32,000 nt of DNA from Candidatus Nitrosotenuis sp. (lineage in GTDB: Archaea; Thermoproteota; Nitrososphaeria; Nitrososphaerales; Nitrosopumilaceae). Below, in pieces: positions 16,357-23,941 of the stretch. The notes beneath the pieces were generated by a model, which saw only the letters and a program-made list of their open reading frames with translations, was not told the origin of the DNA and searched no databases. The position numbers and the translations under genes were made by a program. Each line of letters starts with the position of its first letter. Position 1 is the stretch's first letter. The stretch spans positions 91,757 through 123,756 of the forward strand of contig JBASWV010000010.1 of NCBI GenBank assembly GCA_049276655.1, written 5' to 3'.

Positions 16357-17005
16357 TTGATTCTCTTCTTTGAGCAACGCTCGTTGGTACACTAGCTGGC
16401 GGCTCTGGAATGTTTGCCTTGGTCTGGCCCTCTATGACTGCTGCCGCCTCTTCAAGAATCGCAAGCGTGTCTGCATTTGGACTGTATGTGGTCATTGCAG
16501 AGTCGGTATTATTCATAGATGAACCGTTTAGCACGTCGCCGAGCACTTGCGAGAGATTCTGCATAGACGATGTTGCCTCTGGCATTATTCCGCTAAGCGA
16601 GGCGCCTAGTCCCTTGATTACCGACATGCATGGGCTCAGTGTCACTACAATGTCGCCAAGCTCTGATACCGTGTTTAGTCTAAGCTGAATCTGCTCTAAT
16701 GCGAGTTTTGCGCTATTTACCATGTTGTGCATCTTTCTTATCTCTAAAAGCTCGTTTGCGTACGCCTTTGCATGTGCATGATTGTTTGATTTTTGCGCGC
16801 TGACTATTTTGTTGAAAATGTAATCATTTTTTTGCTTTATTTTTACCGCAATAGAATCCAGTTTTACTATTTGTAGCTGAAGGTTCTTTTGCGCTACGTC
16901 AATTTTGTTCTTGAGGGGGACGTCCGGTCTTACTCTGTCAAGTATCTTTTGTGAGAGGTTGTCTGACCGTCCCACGTCGCTCCATTTGTCGCTCAGTGAT
17001 CCCAT
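16349..17005 (-). CDS. cdvB: ESCRT-III (Snf7/Vps2-like) cell-division protein, CdvB family paralogue
   Basis: 218 aa. The core AHAKAYANELLEIRKMHNMVNSAKLALEQIQLRLNTVSELGDIVVTLSPCMSVIKGL...IMPEA is collinear with my recollection of crenarchaeal CdvB (A..YA.EI..IRKM...LA.E...L.L.TV.EL...L.P). TTTAAA box ~28 nt upstream of the ATG. Confidence 0.75.
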   Translation of the reverse strand: MGSLSDKWSDVGRSDNLSQKILDRVRPDVPLKNKIDVAQKNLQLQIVKLDSIAVKIKQKNDYIFNKIVSAQKSNNHAHAKAYANELLEIRKMHNMVNSAKLALEQIQLRLNTVSELGDIVVTLSPCMSVIKGLGASLSGIMPEATSSMQNLSQVLGDVLNGSSMNNTDSAMTTYSPNADTLAILEEAAAVIEGQTKANIPEPPASVPTSVAQRRESII

Positions 17006-17052
17006 CGTCCATATGTGCTAGAAAAATTAGTTTTAAACTAGTTTGTAACTAG

Positions 17053-17079
17053 GGCCCCTGTCACTGGGGTGACAAGGCC
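17053..17079 (-). terminator. GC-rich stem-loop between the thioredoxin-like gene stop and the cdvB promoter
   Basis: GGCC-CC-TGTCAC-TGGG-GTGACA-A-GGCC: a 6-bp perfect stem plus an outer GGCC/GGCC pairing. It lies 17-43 nt downstream of the stop at 17096 on the minus strand. The termination role is inferred only. Confidence 0.3.
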
Positions 17080-17095
17080 ATGCGGTTACACAACT

Positions 17096-18214
17096 TTAGC
17101 CAAAAGTAAACGTGTAAATCTCAAACCCTGGTTTTTTTACGCTGATCTGCAAGGTGTGCGGTTCTGACTCTTCCATTCTGACAAGATTGTAAAGCGTCGA
17201 CTCGGTTATCATTACCTTTCCGTCCGGTGATACGTCTGCACCGGCATATGCCGAAATAGGATTTCCATCAAGAAATATCTCAAGCTCTGATTGGCCTGCG
17301 GCAACTATGTTTACCTCTTTTGCAAAATATGGGAGAACGATTGTTCCAGTATCGGATGTAAGCACCATCCTGTCCGCAAGATTTTGCCACGTGCCGTCAA
17401 GATAAAAGAAGTTTCTTTCTAGTGTTTCTGGAATTGCATATGTGACGGTTTTTTCTGGTTGGAATCCTTCTTTGTTGCCAAGCTGGTCTCTGCCATACGC
17501 AAAATCATAACCAAAATACAGCTCCGGGGTTCTAGAGCCGTGTTCGAACTCTTTGATGTCTACCAACGTCTGCGCAGTTACAACATTTAGGCCAAGACTT
17601 GCCGCTCTTTCTGCCAAAAGATCTTGGATGACTTTTTCCGTCTCCTCGTAGTTGCCCTCACCTATGTGATCATATCTGATGTATCCTTCGTGATCTGCGA
17701 TGTATTTTCTTGGCCAATATCTGTTCTCAAAGGCGTCCCAGATTACTTTGTCGTTATCGAGTATCACTGGATATTTGATGCCGAATTTTTCTGTTGCAAT
17801 CCGTACATTGTTGATGTCTTTTTCAAATTCAAACTCCGGTGAGTGAACGCCTATTATCAAAAGGCCTTGGTCTGCATATTTTTCATTCCAAGCTACAATG
17901 TACGGAAGTGTTCGCTGGCAGTTTATACAACTGTATGTCCAGATGTCATAAAGGACAACCTTGCCTTTGATCTGTTCTTGCAGCTGTTCGGCGTCTGTGT
18001 TGATGTATCCAGCGATTCCCTCAAGCGCGGGCGCCTTTTTGAAGCGACTCTTGTCGATGTTAGGTAGAACCGAATCTCCCTGTATTGTCTGCGTCTTTGG
18101 GCTGCTTTCTTGGCCTATCTGCTCCTCAAGTGAGTTAAAATACAGACTGATGCCTGCGATGCTGCCTGCAATTATTACTCCCATGATTGCCGCCGTCTTT
18201 ATCTCTGATCTCAT
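17096..18214 (-). CDS. Membrane-anchored thioredoxin-fold (redoxin) protein with DipZ-like C-terminal domain
   Basis: VVLYDIWTYSCINCQRTLPYIVAWNEKYADQGLLIIGVHSPEFEFEKD...YPVILDNDKVIWDAFENRYWPRKYIAD has a CxxC redoxin motif and resembles the DipZ/ResA-like class. N-terminal TM helix. I prefer ATG 18214 over the track's TTG 18226. Confidence 0.8.
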   Translation of the reverse strand: MRSEIKTAAIMGVIIAGSIAGISLYFNSLEEQIGQESSPKTQTIQGDSVLPNIDKSRFKKAPALEGIAGYINTDAEQLQEQIKGKVVLYDIWTYSCINCQRTLPYIVAWNEKYADQGLLIIGVHSPEFEFEKDINNVRIATEKFGIKYPVILDNDKVIWDAFENRYWPRKYIADHEGYIRYDHIGEGNYEETEKVIQDLLAERAASLGLNVVTAQTLVDIKEFEHGSRTPELYFGYDFAYGRDQLGNKEGFQPEKTVTYAIPETLERNFFYLDGTWQNLADRMVLTSDTGTIVLPYFAKEVNIVAAGQSELEIFLDGNPISAYAGADVSPDGKVMITESTLYNLVRMEESEPHTLQISVKKPGFEIYTFTFG

Positions 18215-18218
18215 ATTA

Positions 18219-18950
18219 TCACCCAAGTAGCAAGTTGTTTAGTAGTGGAAAACTCGCAATCCTTGCAAGCTGGTTTGTCATGACCAAAACTCCAAGCAAT
18301 ATGATAAAGCCGCCCATAATTATGGAATAATACTTTAGGTGCTTGCTTAATGACCTAACGATACGCGTCATTCTTGAAAAGAATGTTCCCATCAGGATGA
18401 ATGGTATTCCAAGTCCGAGTGAATACGCAAGCAGTAGTGTAAACGACTGTCCTGGAGTTGTGGCTGCTAACGTAAGAATACTTCCCAAAATTGGCCCAAT
18501 GCAGGGAGTCCAACATGTAGCAAACGCCAAGCCGAACACAAATGATAACGGATAGCTTGCCTTGCCTCCCCTTGGCAAGAATTTTTTCTCAAAATTGAGC
18601 TTTTTTATTCTTGTTGACAATAGCATAAAGGCGCCAAATCCTATTATGATGACCCCGCCTACCTGGTTAAAGCTAGAAGTCAAGATGCTTGCGCTGCTTG
18701 CAAGGACGTTGTTCAAAATTATGCCAAATATTGAAAACACAACGGAAAACCCAAGAACAAAAAATATCGTATTTAGTAAAATATTGAGCCTGTTTGAAAG
18801 CAGATTGATCGATCCGTTGTTTCGCTGAAGCTCAGTTATGGTGGTTCCAGAAATGTATGCCAAAAATGCGGGGATCACTGGCAAAATGCACGGTGCAAGA
18901 AACGACCCCAGGCCAGCCAGTGCCGCCACTGCGATCGTTATCTCCGCCAT
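18219..18950 (-). CDS. ccdA: Cytochrome c biogenesis / thiol-disulfide electron transporter CcdA (DsbD family)
   Basis: 243 aa polytopic protein. LAPCILPVIPAFLAYISG and ATCWTPCIGPILGSIL are the two conserved Cys-bearing helices of CcdA/DsbD-beta. Confidence 0.85.
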   Translation of the reverse strand: MAEITIAVAALAGLGSFLAPCILPVIPAFLAYISGTTITELQRNNGSINLLSNRLNILLNTIFFVLGFSVVFSIFGIILNNVLASSASILTSSFNQVGGVIIIGFGAFMLLSTRIKKLNFEKKFLPRGGKASYPLSFVFGLAFATCWTPCIGPILGSILTLAATTPGQSFTLLLAYSLGLGIPFILMGTFFSRMTRIVRSLSKHLKYYSIIMGGFIILLGVLVMTNQLARIASFPLLNNLLLG

Positions 18951-19040
18951 GGCAATAGGCCTTGATTTTTTTATTTAATCATTGTTCCAAATTTTTCCCA
19001 ATTTGACATGCTTTTTATCTGACTGTTCTATGGATAAGTC

Positions 19041-19136
19041 ATGAACAAGAGATTCATAATTGTCGGCATAATGCTTGGGGTACTAGTCGCAATTGCATTC
19101 TACGTCGGCTCGCCAATGTTTCTTGGATTTGGCTAA
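19041..19136 (+). CDS. Candidate 31-aa membrane micro-protein (unannotated small ORF)
   Basis: MNKRFIIVGIMLGVLVAIAFYVGSPMFLGFG has a basic N-terminus plus one TM helix. It fills an otherwise empty 186-bp gap and ends 1 nt before the bioF stop on the opposite strand. No homology evidence. Confidence 0.25.
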   Translation: MNKRFIIVGIMLGVLVAIAFYVGSPMFLGFG

Positions 19137-20273
19137 TCACGACATTCCAAACCTTTTTCCCGCCTTTTCAAAAACATCCAGCGCGTAATCGATGTGGTCT
19201 TTTGAGAGCCATGCGGTGACCGAAACCCTTAGCCTTGCGCTGTTTTTTGCCACCGTTGGATACCTTATCGGCTGCACAAAAACGCCGCACTCGTACAGGA
19301 ACTTGCCAAACTCGAGCGCCTTTTTTTCGTTTCCTATTATTATTGGAATTATGTGCGTCTGTGATCTTATGTCATAGCCGATCTTCCTTAGTCCGCCAGA
19401 AAGGTAAGCCACGTTTTGACCCAGTTTTTTTCTCTTCTTTTCTCGGTTCTGGTTTAGTCTTTGCAGTGTGACTTCGACTAGAAACGAGGGGAGCGCAGAT
19501 GTATAGATAAAAGATCTGGCCTTGTTTATGCACAAATCTACAATAGGCTCTGAGGATGCCACGTACCCGCCAAACGAGCCCAAGCCCTTGCTAAGGCTGC
19601 TGATGTATACGTCGACTTTCTTTTCAACACCAAAATGGTTTGCAGAGCCCCTGCCGTCACTTCCCATGACAAAATCGCCATGGGCGTCATCTAGGATCAG
19701 GACGGCGTCGTTCTTTTCTGCTATCTCTGAAATCTGTTTGAGATCTGCAAGATCTCCATCCATGCTGAAGATCCCCTCGGTTGCGATGAACTTGGTGGTG
19801 ACTTTTTTGTACGTCTTCAGCTTTTTTGTCAAATCGCCCAAGTCGTTGTGTTTGTAGACTAGGATCTTTGCGCCGCTTAGCCTGCACGCCTCGATTATAC
19901 TCGTATGATTCAGCTCGTCGCTGAGTATGACGTCTCCGCTTTTTGCCAGTGCAGGTATGGCCCCGAGATTTGCCATGTATCCAGTTGGAAAGACCAGGGA
20001 CGACTCTTGGGATTTGTGCGCTGCGAGCCTTTTTTCCAGCCTCGCAAAGGAAGGATCGTTGCCAGAAACAAGCCTTGAGCTTGACTGAAACTGTTTTTGG
20101 GTTATTTTCGTCTTAGATAATCCGAGATAGTCGTTTGAGCAGAGGTTCAGCAGTTTTTTTGTGCCCATTGTTATGTTTGCGCCACTGACGGTGCTAGGCC
20201 GGAGCAATCGGTAGAGGTTTTCTTTTTTAAGCTCTTGCAGGATTTTGTCTGCAAAGCCGAGCTTAGGCTTCAA
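19137..20273 (-). CDS. bioF: 8-amino-7-oxononanoate synthase (alpha-oxoamine synthase family)
   Basis: 378 aa. NLCSNDYLGL, DDAHG and SLSKGLGSFGG (PLP lysine) motifs, within a bio cluster. TTG start overlaps the bioB end by 11 nt. Confidence 0.85.
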   Translation of the reverse strand: MKPKLGFADKILQELKKENLYRLLRPSTVSGANITMGTKKLLNLCSNDYLGLSKTKITQKQFQSSSRLVSGNDPSFARLEKRLAAHKSQESSLVFPTGYMANLGAIPALAKSGDVILSDELNHTSIIEACRLSGAKILVYKHNDLGDLTKKLKTYKKVTTKFIATEGIFSMDGDLADLKQISEIAEKNDAVLILDDAHGDFVMGSDGRGSANHFGVEKKVDVYISSLSKGLGSFGGYVASSEPIVDLCINKARSFIYTSALPSFLVEVTLQRLNQNREKKRKKLGQNVAYLSGGLRKIGYDIRSQTHIIPIIIGNEKKALEFGKFLYECGVFVQPIRYPTVAKNSARLRVSVTAWLSKDHIDYALDVFEKAGKRFGMS

Positions 20274-21237
20274 GGTTGATTCTTTTTATCATCTCGAGGT
20301 CTTTTCTCATCTCGTTTCCACCAAGTGTAAGATATCCTGCACTGATTATGCCATTTGCACCGCTGAGGAGCAGTTCTTGGCCGTCGTCCTGCAGGTGTAC
20401 CTCACGCCCCCCTGAAATCTTAATGATCGATCTTGGAAGTGCAAATCTGGTGACTGCGAACATTCGTAAAATCTCCTCAAATGGAATCGGTGTCTGAAGT
20501 TCAAGTGGTGTGCCTGGCATTGGTACGAGGAGGTTTACGGTAACTTCTTCTGGCTGCAGCCATTCCAGGTCTAAAATCAGCTCTAGTCTCTGAGCCCTTG
20601 TCTCGCCCATCCCGATTATTCCGCCGGTGCAAAGCTCAAGGCCTGCCTTTCGCGCAATCAACAGAGTATCAATTCTGTCTTGGTACGTGTGAGTCGTGCA
20701 AATCTTTGGGAACATCGACCTTGCGGTCTCTAAATTGTGATTGTACCGGCAAACCCCCAGTTCCTTGAGCCGTCTTGCCTGCTCATCTGTAAGAAAACCC
20801 AGACTGCACTCAAGATTGATGCCGACCTGGTCATTGATCATGGATATGGTCTTGCAGACCTCTTCAAAATCGGCCGGCGATGGCTGCCTCCATGCTGCTA
20901 CGAGGCAGTATGATTCCGCGCCTTCGTCACGTGCCTTTTTTGCCATTTTGACTATTTCTTCCGCCGGCAGCAGCTTGTAACTATCGATTCCTGTGTTGAA
21001 AAATGCGGATTGTCCACAAAACGCACAGTCTTCGCTGCAATAATTCTTTTTTATGTTTGCAAGCTGCTCGACGTCGACTTTGTTTCCATGAAAAGTGCGA
21101 GTTATCTTGTTTGCGGCGTCTGAAAGTCCCCTCAGGTCTGCTGTATCAATTAGTGCGGCAAGCTCATCTTTGCTGAGCTTTTTGCCGAAGATTACTTTGT
21201 CTTGGCATTCCAAAATGACGTTACGCCCAGAGCTCAA
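20263..21237 (-). CDS. bioB: Biotin synthase (radical SAM)
   Basis: CSEDCAFCGQS is a CxxxCxxC radical-SAM cluster motif. 324 aa. YNHNLET and downstream BioB-like regions. TTG start. Confidence 0.92.
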   Translation of the reverse strand: MSSGRNVILECQDKVIFGKKLSKDELAALIDTADLRGLSDAANKITRTFHGNKVDVEQLANIKKNYCSEDCAFCGQSAFFNTGIDSYKLLPAEEIVKMAKKARDEGAESYCLVAAWRQPSPADFEEVCKTISMINDQVGINLECSLGFLTDEQARRLKELGVCRYNHNLETARSMFPKICTTHTYQDRIDTLLIARKAGLELCTGGIIGMGETRAQRLELILDLEWLQPEEVTVNLLVPMPGTPLELQTPIPFEEILRMFAVTRFALPRSIIKISGGREVHLQDDGQELLLSGANGIISAGYLTLGGNEMRKDLEMIKRINLEA

Positions 21238-21260
21238 TAGATTCTAGCCAGATTTTACGG

Positions 21261-21268
21261 TTAATTAA
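21261..21268 (-). promoter_or_regulatory. TATA-like box (TTAATTAA) upstream of bioB
   Basis: Centred ~27 nt upstream of the bioB start (21237), within the 72-bp bioA-bioB spacer. It is embedded in a short inverted repeat CGGTTAA...TTAACCG (21258-21286). Confidence 0.35.
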
Positions 21269-21309
21269 GATTTCAATTGTTAACCGACTTGCAGGTAGTG
21301 GGTTTACAA

Positions 21310-22632
21310 TCAATTCATGCGCTTTGAGATGTTTTTGATGGTCTGTATTGTCCCGTCAAGCAGAAAATCTAGCTCCGATTCAGAGATTGCAAGTGGCGGC
21401 ACGAGCAGAACTATGTTTCCCAAAGTTCGCAGGTAGATTCTTTGTTTTTTCGCCTCCTCAAATACCATCTTATTTACAGATTTCTTAAAGGATACAGGCG
21501 TTTTTTTCTTCCTGTCAGATACGAGTTCTATCCCCATTAACATTCCTTTGAAACGAATATCTCCTACAAGCTGAATCTCGGATATCTCGTCCAGTCTTTT
21601 TTTAAAGACCTTTGAGGTTTTTTGGATTTTTCTGATAAGACCGTTCTTTTCATAAAGTTTCAGGTTTTCACTTGCCAGCGCGCACGCAAGCTGATTTCCC
21701 GTAAACGTGTGCCCGTGGAAAAAATGCCGCATCTGGGAATAACTTCCCAAAAAAGAGTCATAGATCTTTTTTGTTACGCCAGTTGTAGCAAGTGGTAGGT
21801 AGCCGCCAGTCAGCATTTTGCCGTGAGCCACAATGTCTGGACTACTCTTTTGTTTTTCGTATTCGACTAGCGAACCTAGCCTGCCAAAGCCCGTGGCAAT
21901 CTCATCTAAAACAAGCAATATTCCATATTTTTTGCATAGTTTGCATACTCTAGCTTGAAAACCATCGCGGTAAATGTTGACGCCGCCGGCAATCTGCGCG
22001 CCGCTTTCCATCACAAAAGCAGCTATTGTATCATTTGTGGAAAAAAGCCTCTCTATTTTTTCCAATCTCTCTGTCAGGTATTGTTCTTGAGTCGTCCTCG
22101 GCGGTATTCTATAGCTGTTTGCAAATGGGATCTGGATGGCCTTTGATAATTTTTTTTTGAACATGGAAAAAAATCCAGGCACATACCCGACTGACATTGC
22201 CCCAAAGGTATCCCCATGATACCCGTTTTGAAGCGTGGCAAACACAGTCTTGTTTTTTTCGCCGACGTTTTTCCAGTACTGGAGAGCTATTTTGAGCGAA
22301 ATTTCCATCGCCGTGGAGCCGTCGTCAGAAAAAAAAATTCTGTAAATACCGGGAAGGGTTTTTACGAGCGTTTTTGCAAGATCTTCTGCCGGCTCATTTG
22401 TTAAATTGAAAAGTGACGAATGTGAAATTTTATGCGACTGACGACGAATGACAGATATCAACTCTTTTTTAGAGTGTCCCCACACGTTACACCACATGCT
22501 TGCAACGCCGTCTAGCATCTTGTTTCCATTAGAATCTACAAGCCACATGCCATCACCCCTTACAATTTTCGTAAAGCCGTCCCATTCGCGCATCTGGGTA
22601 TAAGGGTGCCACACGTAGCTATTTTCTTTCAT
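21310..22632 (-). CDS. bioA: Adenosylmethionine-8-amino-7-oxononanoate aminotransferase
   Basis: 440 aa class-III aminotransferase. WHPYTQM, GYHGDTFGAMSV, LVLDEIATGFGRLG, and AHGKMLTGGYLPL with the PLP lysine. Confidence 0.9.
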   Translation of the reverse strand: MKENSYVWHPYTQMREWDGFTKIVRGDGMWLVDSNGNKMLDGVASMWCNVWGHSKKELISVIRRQSHKISHSSLFNLTNEPAEDLAKTLVKTLPGIYRIFFSDDGSTAMEISLKIALQYWKNVGEKNKTVFATLQNGYHGDTFGAMSVGYVPGFFSMFKKKLSKAIQIPFANSYRIPPRTTQEQYLTERLEKIERLFSTNDTIAAFVMESGAQIAGGVNIYRDGFQARVCKLCKKYGILLVLDEIATGFGRLGSLVEYEKQKSSPDIVAHGKMLTGGYLPLATTGVTKKIYDSFLGSYSQMRHFFHGHTFTGNQLACALASENLKLYEKNGLIRKIQKTSKVFKKRLDEISEIQLVGDIRFKGMLMGIELVSDRKKKTPVSFKKSVNKMVFEEAKKQRIYLRTLGNIVLLVPPLAISESELDFLLDGTIQTIKNISKRMN

Positions 22633-22706
22633 TGCGTGATTCTAACAAAACTCATTTTAATAATCAAGCGGTAAGGTTAATCAAGCAACCCCGCAGTGTT
22701 TTTGCA

Positions 22707-23384
22707 TTGAAATCATACTTTGTGACGGCAACCGATACCGAAATTGGCAAGACAACAATCACTGCAGGGCTTGCCTACGCGATAAAAAACAAGGGAATTG
22801 ACGTCGGCGTGATGAAGCCGTTTGCATGCGGCACGCCTCAAAAACACGGATTCAGGTCCAAAGACGCAGAAATCCTCGCAAGGGCAGCTGGTGTAAACGA
22901 TCCTGAAGACCTCATAAACCCCTGCTTTTTTCCGATTCCGGCGTCCCCATATGCCGCCTCAGGAAAAATCGGCGCAACAATTGACGTAGAAGAGGTTCTT
23001 GCAAAATTTGAAAAACTACAGGCACTGCACCAAGTGTTGCTAGTCGAAGGAATCGGCGGGATACTGACGCCAATTCTAAGGGAATATTGCGTAGCAGATC
23101 TCATCAAGGACATGAACCTAGATGCGCTAATAGTGACAAACTCAAAAATTGGAACTGTTAATCACACGCTTTTGACCTGTGATGCGTGCAAAAAACACGG
23201 CATAAGGATTCGTGGAATAGTCATTAACAACTTTGACTCAACCGGCTACGATGTCGTTGACCTGGCAAACGATCTCACGAATTTGAGTGGAGTCGAAGTT
23301 CTCTGCACAATTCCGCACCTTGGCGACCAAAGCAAGATGCCAAAGACACTGGCAGACAAGCTCGTCCCAAAGCTCATGTTTTGA
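22707..23384 (+). CDS. bioD: Dethiobiotin synthetase
   Basis: KSYFVTATDTEIGKTTITAGLA is a P-loop (GKT) right after the start; also LLVEGIGGILTPI. I prefer TTG 22707. The track's start at 22632 abuts the bioA start codon and adds 25 non-conserved residues. Confidence 0.85.
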   Translation: MKSYFVTATDTEIGKTTITAGLAYAIKNKGIDVGVMKPFACGTPQKHGFRSKDAEILARAAGVNDPEDLINPCFFPIPASPYAASGKIGATIDVEEVLAKFEKLQALHQVLLVEGIGGILTPILREYCVADLIKDMNLDALIVTNSKIGTVNHTLLTCDACKKHGIRIRGIVINNFDSTGYDVVDLANDLTNLSGVEVLCTIPHLGDQSKMPKTLADKLVPKLMF

Positions 23385-23922
23385 ATATTTTGAACCTTGG
23401 CCGTGGCTTTATTTCAAGAAAAAAATCGATACCGTCAAGCAATGAAGCAAACGACGATATGTTGTCAACATCAAAAGTCTTGTACGGCATTCCGAGATGA
23501 GTCTTTGAAACAACCCAAATGTTTTCTTTGTTTGGTTGAATGTTTTGTAGCTTACCGAGTCTTTCTGATATGTCTTGTTTGTTCGAGGTCTTTACAAAAT
23601 ACAGTATCAGTGAGTTTTCTGGTGCCGTGTCAAGAGTACGCGAGTCTGGGATTATCACGTCGACTTCGGTGTTTTTGATTGTTATCTTCCTCTGGCTTGG
23701 TATCAACGCATTAGTCAAAAGATAATGTGTGATGCTTTCGGCAAAGGCGCCAAAGTTTTCGTGCACATCGCCATCAAGTTTTGCTATTTCTGGGATGCAT
23801 TTGTGCAGGATCTCTGAAACTATTGCCTTTTTGTCTCCCGATGACAGCTCCTTTAAGATCCTTGATTCTGAGATCTCATCTATTTTGTGGTATATTATTT
23901 CCTTGATTGGTGAGGTTTCCAT
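23374..23922 (-). CDS. Hypothetical protein (~182 aa), directly downstream of HMG-CoA synthase
   Basis: ORF only. I prefer ATG 23922 (METSPIKE...), which lies 19 nt after the upstream stop. The track's start at 23997 overlaps the HMG-CoA synthase 3' end. The EVDVIIPD...LILYFVKTS pattern is weakly reminiscent of a PD-(D/E)xK-like strand arrangement, but no canonical motif is present. Confidence 0.5.
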   Translation of the reverse strand: METSPIKEIIYHKIDEISESRILKELSSGDKKAIVSEILHKCIPEIAKLDGDVHENFGAFAESITHYLLTNALIPSQRKITIKNTEVDVIIPDSRTLDTAPENSLILYFVKTSNKQDISERLGKLQNIQPNKENIWVVSKTHLGMPYKTFDVDNISSFASLLDGIDFFLEIKPRPRFKIFKT

Positions 23923-23941
23923 GGTATATACGAGTCTTAGT

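Noticed and set aside
21258-21286. Inverted repeat CGGTTAA...TTAACCG between bioA and bioB as a biotin-responsive operator
   Set aside because: The stem is only 7 bp, and the AT-rich core TTAATTAA sits exactly where the bioB TATA box is expected. It is reported as a promoter feature, and any regulatory claim would be speculation.
22632-22706. Extended N-terminus of bioD starting at 22632
   Set aside because: It would abut the divergent bioA start codon and leave no promoter. It adds 25 residues before the P-loop that look non-conserved. A TTG at 22707 places the GKT loop at the usual distance from the N-terminus.
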